Source of the DNA: Aplysia californica
Taxonomy: Eukaryota
DNA: 64,000 nt
Assembly: GCF_000002075.1 (NCBI RefSeq)
Contig: NW_004797278.1
Location: 2,032,009-2,096,008, forward strand
Direction: 5' to 3'
The stretch's first letter is position 1. Each line of letters opens with the position of its first letter. Below, one piece after another: positions 24,501-36,500 of the stretch. Below the pieces are notes generated by a model. The model was not told where the DNA came from. It did no database searches and was given only the letters and a program-made list of their open reading frames with translations. A program made the translations under genes and the position numbers.

Positions 24501-27500
24501 ACAAGGTTAATGTTAACATGCTGGTTTGCAGTTTTTGTAACAGCTATAAAACGCATAACTGAAAAATTAGAAGTACAGGAAAAGTCTTTCAACACAAAAG
24601 TAAATGATGGGAGCCAAACAGAAGGAAGCCACAAAAAAAAATAAATACAGTGCTACAAGAAAATAAACCAAACATTTCCATGGGGTCAGTTCTTCAACTT
24701 CATAACTGCTGCCAAGAACAACTGGGGCAAATGAAGAATAACAAAAACCAAAAAAATTTGAAACTTTGTAACTTTGAAAATGGGTAGAGGAAAGGACAAA
24801 GATAGGATACAAAAACTCTGTGCACAATATTTCAAAACAACCCAGGAAAAATGAGGATAAATAAATATTTTATTCTAAAGATAATAAGGTTTGAAGGCTT
24901 CACACACAGACAGCACACACAAAGCAATGCTACCAAAGAATCTCATGCCTCATTCTGAAATTTTGAGCAGATTTTGTGCAGTAAAATTTTTACTGAGGTA
25001 AGATTAACAGCAGTTTAGCCATAAATAAAATCAAGTTTGCTCAAAATGAAATGCAAGGTAAATAAAAGACATAAAAGCCAACAGATTTAAATTTTGAACT
25101 TCATTTTACAGAGTAAGCCAATGCCATTTGTTGTACAACATTCATCTTGTGTTACCTCCTTTTCCACACCAGAAGACCGCTTAAACACAAAACAGAGATA
25201 CCATTGCTGTATCAACATATTTACACATGTTTTTAAATAATAAGACCAATGGTGTTTCTGATATGTTCAAGGCATCACTGTCAGCAAAAAAGTTACAGCT
25301 TTTATTGAATTCAACATCAGAACAAGCTTAATAACTCCAAACACGGGCCCAATTTCTTATCACATCCTCCTTACTGTTCTCTCTTTTAACACTAAAATTA
25401 GCCAGATTTTTTATGCCAAGATTCACCTGTCATTCAAAGAACAGAAAAATACCCAAACACCATTCAAGTATAAGTCTAGATCCTAACACAAAGAGCAGGT
25501 TCAAATGATCTTCCAATACTTTAAATTAGAAACAATATATCTGCAAGACCAAACACCAACCAAACTACAGCAACCAACCCAAAGTTGGAGAAATAATAAT
25601 TAAATCGGGAGCTTAGCAGAATGAAGCTTGATTACCAGCTAGTAGCATTATTCTACAACAGATGAGACTCAATAAAAGAGAGCACAGGTTACGCAAATGA
25701 ACTAAAGAAACAAAATATGTGAGTCACTGAATACTTTTCATAGGCACAAGTTTATTAGTATAGCAAGAAAAGACAGTTGCCTCAACAAGCTACTATTCTT
25801 TTTATTTATTACGCCCTATGCACAGATGATAAATTCTCGAACAAATAAAATCCCATGACCTACTTCCCCACCCTATTTCAACCTCTTTCCAAACCATAAA
25901 GCACTAAGCAGAAGCTAATGCACCTTCTGTGTAGCCAAACCTTGCAGACTACTCAGTTGCTGATGTTTACCACAAGCTAGTATATATGTAGATACCACAA
26001 CTTAATATAAAAATGACTTCTATATAAATCAGAGACGCTGGTGATGATACATTCTGAGGTAAAAAGTACACGTATATGGGATACACACAAATAATATTGA
26101 TACGCTTTTGACATCTCTTGTGAAGCCAATTTTATGACTGCAACGGAGTTTTGCAAGTTACACACTACAGAGAAATGATCATTAGACACACCGTGAGGCT
26201 ATCACTTCTCAGAGAGTCAGCTTACCGTCAGCCTGAAAACATTGTCCAGGAAGGTCTGATGGGTCTCAGCCACACAACGAGTTTGTTGGAAGACAATCTT
26301 GAGAAGTTCGTTCAGATACTTTGGTTGAACATGGTTCACCATTGAATCCAGTTGTTGACCTGAACTGCTCGTGAGAAAGAACAAAAAAATCAATTTTCTT
26401 CATGTACTTCACTATCAAATACAAGTGGCTCACACTGATGATGAAACCTGTGTGACACATCGGGCATTAATATACGCTAAATGAATGGCACAAGTCAAGT
26501 GTACCTCAAGAAACATATTTGATCTAAGCTAATTATTCATTGATAGTCAAACAGGAACTGTATGACTTTCCAAACAACACTGAATAAGAGATCTAACCAA
26601 TCAAACCAGAGCAGAATAAACAATGCCATCCACTGAGTTTCCAAAACAGACAACTTACTTTCACACAAAGAGACAATACTAAGGAGTAAAAATAGCAGAT
26701 AATTTTCTCTCACAAAAACGAGTTTACTATGGTGATAAGGTAACTGCACAAACAGCACTATTTTGCTTGAATTAACACTCACCTCAAATTTCAAACATGA
26801 ACAGACTATTGCAGGAAGCAAAGATAGTAATACAAATACAATTGTCTCCGCTAAGACCCTGGTGCTCGGAAAAATGGAAAATACGGGATCTTAGGCAAAC
26901 GGGATTTTAGCCGATGCACAAAGAGAAGAAACTACGGTGACCCATGTTAAGGCACACAACCTGAACAACCGGTAAAATGGTCTCCCTTCACTCTAAAATG
27001 AACTGACATGACCCCTGGGTGGAATTCGAGCAAAGAGTGGTCAACCTTGATGACCAATCACAGGGGCATGAGGCATGCCATTTTCACTTATTATCCTATT
27101 GTGATTCTCCAAGATCTACGCTTATCCAGTTGCCCCTCCCCTTCACCTGTCCAAAATTTATAGCTTTTCATCTCTGACCGAGTCCCCCCCCTCCCCCCCC
27201 CTTGCGCCTTTGTTGTTATGCACCATTACGTTGTGACCACACCAATTAAAATTCAGTATGTCTCCAAAATTCGGAAGTACAGACAGCTGCTGCAATGGTC
27301 AGAGAAGAGTTCACAGTTCAATGCGATCCCGCCTGGAGCGAAGTGGTGTAAGTTTAGGTGGAAAGCTCAGATGAGAGTGCGATGTTTGAGGAAAACAAAA
27401 GCGTTGGTCGGTTCACACCTCATTGTGATCCCTTCGGGGTAAACATTGTACTGTTTCATCGAGTTTTACAAAGCTTAATTGATCATATTCATGAGAGTGG

Positions 27501-30500
27501 CTGATCTTTGACGTGATGGGCAGTTCAATGATCTCAACTTTTCACTCTTGATTGAACAACTGTGTCCGTCCGATTTTTGTTCTGTAAATTATGATCTTAA
27601 ATGAGGGATCTTAGCCGAATGTGGACCTTCAGAGTGAATCCAAGCGGGATCTTAGGGGTGACTTTTATATATGTATACAGTCGAACCTGTGTAAGACGGA
27701 ATCGCAAGGGAGCGGGTTAAAAATTCCGTCTTAGACAGGGGAATTTAGGGGGGGGTACAAAGACCCAGCCGGTGAGATCAAGGATCGCTTGTCTGATCGG
27801 CAAGCAGTGGTCAAAACTTCACACCTCTCAGCTGCTATCCTGTCTGATAGTAACATGCGTCAGTCTTACTTATCCAATTACCACCAGTGCTTGCCTTTCA
27901 TAGGACCACTGTTAGACCTATTAAAAACAGAAACGTTTGAACACCTCCTTTGCTTCCACCCTTAGTCCCACCCACCAATGCCACCCCTCACTGTCATCAT
28001 TGTAACAACGATTCGAGGAACTCTTTTCTCAGCAGGCCGTACGATCAGGGCGGCAGGCATTGGTCAATCTAATTTCACACCTCTGGCTTCTGGCTACTCA
28101 GGAAAGTTTCCGTAGTGGCTGGCTACTCGAGCACTCTCACGGGCAGTCGTGAGATATCACACCCACACTACACTGACCATTTGTAGCGCTCAGTGCTCAC
28201 ATGATGGGGTAACATAGGGTAACTTCTACTCTACCCCCATTGCACCCCTACTCCCCTTCCTCGCCCAGTGGCATGGCCACGGCGTTAAATTTAGAGCCGG
28301 CGGAATCAAACTTGCGAGTTTTGTTTCAAATCAGAGCTGAGTGGGCAAAGCATTTTCCGTCTTTGACAGGTGAAACCCTCAGAAGGGAGCAGATTTTTCT
28401 TTCCGTTTCCGCGTTAGACAGATTTCCGTTTTATACAGGTAATTAAAGAGGAATATATCAGGGGGGGGCGGGGAGATTCCGTAAAGACAGGTTTCCGTTT
28501 TACACAGGTTTCCGTTAAGGCAGGTTCGAATGTATATAGTAAAAATTCTGTTTTCTTAAAACAGCGGGATCTTAAGTGAACCAGGATGGTAAGCGGTGGG
28601 ATCTTAGGAGGAGACTATTGCATGTCATCAAAGCTCATGCAACTGACTATTGCATGTCATCAAAGCTCATGCAACTGTCCTCAATAAAAAAGTTATTAGG
28701 TAGCAATAAGCCTGGAAACCATCATGTAGTGGTTTTTTAGCTGCTATACAGGAAGACATTATTTGGAAAGTACTCTTCGGTGCTTCAAACTGGAAAAAAT
28801 AACAAGCCGTTCTTTACTGAAAGAATGCATTCATCAGGTCTGTGAGTACCACTAGCAGACTACAGTTTATATGTATTATAAAAGCACAGAAACATTCCTT
28901 AGGTAAAGAATAATTTTCTGCTAACAAATTCAAAATCACATAATCATAACTTCTGATTTTGTTCAGCTTACCTCTCTGCAACTTGCTGAGTGGCTGTATT
29001 TATCAGCTTGTTTAGGCTTCCTTTCATCCCCAATTTCAACCTCTGAAATACAAAATGTATAAATAAATGACACCAATCAGGATCATGGTGAAAACAGCAA
29101 CATGTGCTGGAAACTGATGAACAAATTTCAAACCACAACCCGATTTCATATTCATAGCAATCAAACTGTGATGATATTTTTCCAGCATAAAACTATGCAA
29201 CTGTGAGAGACAAACATATTTTCATTAAGGCTGGATTTTCAAAAATTACAAATTCCCATTAGTCTTAAGCTGCTGAATATGACACCACAATAAAGACTGA
29301 ATATCAAAAGCATTCATTATATCACAATAACACCTGAAGAGCATTTGAATGCTGAGGGGCAAAAAATGATATAACAAACCAGCCATTTCTATAGTAATCT
29401 GTTTTGCAGGGACAAATGCACCAATACACTGTGGACCATGTCTTCATGTCCACAGGGAACAAATCACTGGATTTCAATTTATAGGAAACACAACAAAGGA
29501 AAAACATTATAAGATTTCAAAGCCTACCTCCACAGCATCTGGCAGTTTGCGGAGGACAAACAAGGACTCTGTGAGAATAGCCACAAAATTCTTCAAGTTC
29601 TCTTCAGGATTGCTGTTCAGATCCTCCTTCACTTCAAAGTATGTTTTATTTACAGATGATTCAGTCCCGTCTGTTTCTAGAAAGAAGCAATAGAAGAATT
29701 ATGTACCTTCTGAGGCTCACGTTTGCTCATAATCATTCTGAAGTGACTGACAACACAAATATACTGACTTTTCAAAAGATTTGTACTCATGTGTGCAAGA
29801 TTTATTCGTGGATAAATAGAAGTCCTCACAGAAGGCCACAAAAGCCAACAATGAAGTCTACCAAGACAAGAATGGAGTTGGGAAGGACACAAGTTTACTT
29901 TTTGTGACCCATAACATATTAGCACAACAAATGAGATTGCTTATTTGTGTTGCTCCTGCTAACATTTTCCAAAGCCAATGAGTTGTTGAGTCAAGCTTTA
30001 CTGCTATTAAGCATGATGAATGATACATTATGTATCACGTAAAAACTGATTGAGGTAATAAAAATAATGACAAGAAGTAGAAGGAGTCGACCACTCTGCA
30101 TCCCTCTCCCAACTTCTGACTGCAATTTGTCAAATGTAGTCTCACTTTATGTGACTGAAAAGCAATACACTACAGCACTACTATAATGACAAGCACAAAA
30201 GGTAACCCCTAAATCTAACTCTCCTGTAGAAATAAAAAAACCTGAAAATCATTTGCATAAACAATAACAAACAAAAAAAAGCTGAGACAAAACTCACTTG
30301 GTGCTCTTTTAGGGGAATCCAAGCCATCAGACCAGCCCCAAACACTGGCATCTTTACGACTCAATCTCATCTGGCTGCCTCTATGCATGCTGGAAGTTGG
30401 CAGTGAGCGCTCGTAGATCTGCTTTGTTAACTCATCTATCAGAGTCTCGTGCATTTTCTATGGAGAAATATTGTTCTTATTGAAGTCTTGCACTACTGAA

Positions 30501-33500
30501 GGTAACCAATTACCCAACACTATTGCAGGTCACTGCAGAGCAGCATTCTTTGACCCTGGGGTAGTATATCATGCACACAAAATAAAACAACAATGACCTC
30601 TCTTAATAATATAGTCAGTGCTCAAAACTGATTGGGGTTTTTTTATGGTCGCAGCATAAACTTTCTACAAATCACTACTCTGCATTCTTAAATATACTTC
30701 AATTCTCTCTTACTACTTCATATTTTAGGAAATAACAAGGAGTCTCTCGAACTGCCCTGTCATAAAAGACAACAAACTAAGTTGATTTAATAGCATGTAT
30801 TAATAAAAAGACAGCAATGCCTAGCTGTGAACTGAAAAACATAAATACTAACTCTCCTGCAAATTTACAATATCAGAAAGAGCTGTTAACATTAGCAATT
30901 TAGTGTTATAGGAGCCTCTCAGAGAAAGCCAGGCCTCCTAAACTTATTACACAATTGCTCAAAAGAGATGTTGTCAACACCAACAAAAAGCAGGGCGTAC
31001 ACAGTCTCAAGAATACAAGAAACAAAGCAGGATGATGACATTTAAAAACTTACTTCCAAAGTACTGAGAAAACCACGCAAACACATTTCTACTAAAAAGA
31101 ATGTAAAACTCACCAGCATTAAAATTAAAAACTCACTTCTCGAATATTGACAAGATCAATCTTGACCTCTCTCAGAGCTTCTATTCCATTCAAGGGGCCT
31201 TCAAGCTTTGCAACTTTTGTATGGAGAAAAGAAAGCAAAATGAAAATGGCAGTGATATCATTTAAACATTTTTCTCTCTAAATTTTGCTTCTCTCAATCA
31301 TAAAAGACCATCATCAAGAAACGAGGATGATATCCAAATTGGCACAACATCAAATTGTGAAGTGTATAGAGCCTACTTTCAAGTAAAGATAAGTTCTATA
31401 AAAATGCAATCTAAACTCATTATCAATTATTATCATAATGGTACTGCAGAAAGAAGTTTGTTGCACAAAACTTAGCAGCTAGAAGAATAAAAAAAAGTCC
31501 TAAAGTATCAACAGTAAAAGAGCACTTGAACATAGTATCCCAATCTCTGAATAGAAATTCAAACCTATTTGTTCTCCTACAAATATATTCAAAACTAGTA
31601 TCAAAAGCAAATTCTGAAACCGAAATAGAAAAAAAAAACCCACTTGTAAATGTGATAAAAGCTCACCTGCTTGCACAATGGTATCAGTAGCATGCAGGTA
31701 GTGTTTGTTTGCAATTAAAGTGTTCATCTTGTCTTGAACTTCTTTGATTTGCTCACTGTAACAAAAAAGAGGTTTATTACATTCATTTGAGGGGAGCTAT
31801 ATTCCATCTTAAGTCTTAATGACAAAGTATAAAAGATCACACAATCCACTTGCTAGTTATTATGAACATCAGAAAGTGATACAGTGAATGATTATATTTC
31901 CAAATGTGACACGAGAGGTATACCTCAACATTGAACTATATATCATAACTTTATGCAAATAAGAATATCAAGTTCAAAGCAATCAGCACAATAAACTTCT
32001 TGACTGTTCAAACATTATTCTGAAACTTTGTAAACGACTCATCTTTTCCCTTTCAGTAAGTGTGCATTACACTATGAAATAATTTACACCATAATAATTT
32101 ACACCTTTCACCATTAGCCATAAAAGACAAATAGTTAAGATTATTTCTTCACTATTAAAACATCATTATTTCATCTTTGAGTTCACTTTCAGGCAGCTAA
32201 CATTACATCTTTAATGTTAAAACACCCTTGCGAACACCTCAAATTGAAAACAACAAACCATTCAAAGAATGAAAGACTAAATCTACAAAACACAACTTAG
32301 AGCACAAATAAACTTACACTTGTTCCAGCATAGACAACACAGCTTTATGCTCCACTCCATCTTTCCACAGTTTACGCAGTTCATCACGCTTGAAGTGCAA
32401 AAGTGTCTTGCAGGAATTCAAGTCTTCCTTAATCTTTCTAATCTTGTCCCTTGATTCTGTTGTGAGTATCAATACCAAAAACATCTATCAGAAGCAGTAA
32501 CACTAACTAATTCAAAAATACATGTACATGGTGTTCATAAATCAAAGGTACTAAATCTGTACAAGATATAAAAAGAACACTGCTTGCTGTGTATGAATTT
32601 GCAAAATTGAGCAGTGTTTCTTCCCTTATTAGACTTTGGCAATGCTCTACTTGGTCATTTCAAACATATCACTCCTTGTGTTGGAGCAAGTGATGATTTT
32701 TTGATGTGACACATAGCATTGTTATCATTTTTTTTATACTTCATATTGAAATTCTTTTTTGAAAGTAACATACAACTTAAATTCTACGTAAATTTACATG
32801 TGTCTTTACCATTTGTGTGGAGCCATACAAAATTTCCCCCGGGGGCAAAAAAGTAGTTTTACCTCTTAAAACTACACCTAACATTTTGAAAATATTTTTC
32901 TGTTCAATATAATTATATCTATGTACACATTTTACTTAATCTATGTATACTGAACAATTACAAATTTCAACAGATAATGAAATCAAAATGCAAAAAACCT
33001 CACAACAACACTGTTGACCATATGAGGTTTCTAGGAGACTTTCTCTTTTAAGGTTGTTGTTGTTGTTGTTAGCGATCCAGTAGCATCTGAGCATTACCTC
33101 TTCTGCATGATGCCATTCGGTAATAGCTGCATGTCTGTTCAAATTGTTGTCTTGAGGATTAGAGGCAATTAGATGTGTGGGGTAGCTTGGGAAGAAAACA
33201 TCCCCTTAAATCAGTTAGTTTTCTACACAAGAACAGATGATGTTCCACTGTCTCTCAGGGGTAGTCACATAGTGGGCAGGCAGCAGACTGCTTTACTCCA
33301 ATTCGGTTGAGAAGTTGGTTGAGGGGTACATGTTGTGTTCTAAGTTGGAAGATTATGGATGAATCTCCCCTCTTCAACTCATTGATAGGCTCTTTGAACA
33401 GTGGTTTATTCATGTGGCCATACATCATCCTTCCTGTCGTACCTGTGGCCCAATCATTTATCCAGTCTTCCTTGAGGTTTGACCCGATCATTTGGCAGCA

Positions 33501-36500
33501 GGTGGTGTAATCAGTGGGAATTTCAGGCTGAGGGAGGCTAGCTCCTTTCTTTGCTAGAGCATCAGCTCTTTCATTTCCCGGTTCTCTTTTAAGGTAAACA
33601 TATGGATTAATATATTCTTAAAAAACAACAACTTAAATGATTCACACATAATAAAACAGGGGTAACTTACCATTTATACTTTTCGTCATGCCATTAAAGG
33701 ACTGAAGAATCTTAGTCACATCTTGGTAGTTCTCTGTAGGTATAAAAAGTATATTTTAAAAAGACATGTATGATGTTTTATTTAGCAAATACTCAATGTT
33801 GCTGTTGCTTACATCTTACAGAGCTGTTTAGTTGTTCACTTCTTTTCAGCTAACACTTGCTAAGCTGATGAATGCTCATGTCTGCCATAGGATACTCTAG
33901 GTTGAATCTATTCACATCTTCAGACTTATTCAAGTTTAGTCCATAAACTGGAAGGTTAGACCTTGGTCCTTTCTATATATAGCTTACTATAAAAAGACTT
34001 TAAACTGCAATAAAAGCATAGCCGGTTCCCCAGGTTGTCCACCTGTTTAGCCATTATCAGATCCAACTTGGATAACAAAAAAAAGAAGAAAAAAAAAAGA
34101 AAAGAAAACAGAAAACTAACAAGTTGTACCACTATAGTGTGACCTCAGTGCTTTCTTGTCGTATCTCTGGGTTTTTTAACATTGAAAATGTGACTTCTTC
34201 TAAAGCTCATTCTTTGTTACGAACTGTTTTCACTGGTTCAAAAAATGGAGATGCGACAAGAAAGCACTGAGGTTGCGATAGCACAAATCAAAGCCATAAA
34301 TAAATCAGTCTATTGTGCATGAAATAGACTCAAGATTTTTATAATCTATTGATATTACTCCTGAACAGTAGACGTCTAGTTGAGTTCTCTCTTTGTAACT
34401 TATTTGACCTACTCTACACTATACACATGCAGGGTCTCTACTCTCTGTGGAGCTAACATGGGGGTAGCCATGATGTCATGCACAAAAGACAATGTGGAGT
34501 CTGCTTTAAACCAAAATCAGCGGGACAGTCAGATTTTCTTCAGTTTAGCCCCGTTTTCCATTTACAGAGATTGCTCAGATACGGAGGAAAAAAATCATGG
34601 ATTTTATTTTCTTTAGATGCACCATTGTTTTCCGATTAACCATCTTCAGTTTAAGCGGACTCCACTGCATTAAAGAAGGGAGACCACAGTCTGACCTTTA
34701 CCTTCTTGCACTCCAACACACATGTATTGGTAACCAGTCCAAAGATCTTCTGTACAGCTACACAAGTAAAAGAAGTTTGGTGCAAAACGCTTACCTGCAA
34801 CTAATTCACCAAGAAGCTTGTCACTATTGATGTACGCTTTTTCAATTCTCGTCTTTTCCTTTTCTCTTTGTTCAAAATCAGCACTGAAAAGTAAATAAAT
34901 ACAATACATTGTATTCTTCTATAAGAACATAAAACCATGCTCTTTTAGATGTTAACAATGGCACTGAACCATGCAAACTTAAAACAGGGTGGCTCTCGTG
35001 GCCTAGAGGTTAAGGTGTTTGCCTCTCATTCAAAGGTCCCAGGTTTGAATCCGGACAGCGACCGAAATATTTTCTTCTCTAAAATGCCTCCATTCACCTT
35101 CTTTCCTGCTCTCTAGCAATGTTCTGTCATCTGCTTTCGTCTCCACTTTCTGCCCCTACCCCCTTTGCCCCCTCCTCTGGGCTTCTGACTCTTTCGGCAG
35201 CCTTTCTACTGCTACTTCTTGGCTCCTTCTTACCGCTGTCTTTCAGCCACATCCTTGATCTTCTGGTAGGAAAGATCTACACCTAGCCCTCTTGGACAAG
35301 GGCGAAAAATCTCTGAGGTCCCGAGTGCAAGTTGCGCACGTTAAAGATCCCTTGGTGGTCTAAAATCAATAAGAATAGGCTTCGGACGATAGGCTGCTGA
35401 TAATAATCTTCTAACTGGAACACATCCCCCCCCCCCCCCCCGAACCACACATACACAAGTTACATAATTCATGACTATACAATAAAAAAAATAAGAGAGT
35501 GATTTTAAAATTCCTTAAAAGTAAAGCAAAAAGCTTATTATATAAATAAAAACTTATCAGGAGTTTAAAATTGAAACAATAAAAATAATCATTATTTTCC
35601 TCAGAAGTTTTATAATATTTTTCAAGTTATCTGTAAAGAAATTCGTGTGTTTATCTTACCTTGATGAAAGCGTGGTAATTATTGACATCAAATACGCTGA
35701 CTGGAAAAAGAGAAAAGAATACAAAAAAATTACAATTTCAGTTCACGACAACGATGTATGACATAGAATTTAAAACTTTCACACGGGATGAGAGAATTTA
35801 GCACTATTGGACCTTATTCCCATTATAAAGGTGCTGAAGAAATGGAGAAAGAGTTTTTCGAGACAGTATGCCCTTTCTCTGACGTCTGTTAAAAGAAAGT
35901 GAAAGCAAGCCTCAGCCAACTGGCTAAATATGTGAGATTTGGCAAAGTGTAGGCCATCATAATAATATAAAAATACAGCTGAAACTGTCAAAGATGGCCA
36001 CCACCTGTCTAGGAGAAAAGTGGCTGTTGTAGACAGGTGGCCATCTTACACAGTGTCATTACAATGTAACAAAAACACAAGGGGGAATGGGAGCCTTTGG
36101 TATCTATAGAGGAGATTGTCTTTTGCTTTTACACAGCAGGTATACACTGAACAGCTCTTCCAGAGAAACAGCGTCAATTACTGCTGGGTCGAAGATGACC
36201 AAGATATCCAAGAGCTTACAATTGTTGCAACTATGGGTCTTCCCTAGTATAGGCCTACAGAAGACAGAGACTTCTATGTAGTTACTGGAGACACTGTAGT
36301 AGTTGTGTAGGCACTGTGACAAAGTCTATATAAGCTTACTACCTTTTAGTCTAGACTTAGAAGAGCTCCGGATTAGCCAGCTTGATCTGGTAGCAGTGAA
36401 CAAACCATACTTATGGCATGGACTAATAATGACATGACTACTGGGTAGCCTAATCTTCCAGATCTGGATGTTTTAGTTTCATGCTCATCATCATCAGTAG

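Noticed and set aside
25941-25976. 36-nt AG..GT segment in EXOC4 intron 11
   Set aside because: TGA in the required phase-0 frame and a weak donor.
26425-26460. CTGATGA-T-GAAAC, hammerhead-like (similar near 36476-36500 and 49009-49026)
   Set aside because: No viable stem II or stem I/III arrangement.
34991-35062. tRNA gene
   Set aside because: Continues into a repeated SINE body; it is a SINE head, not a functional tRNA.
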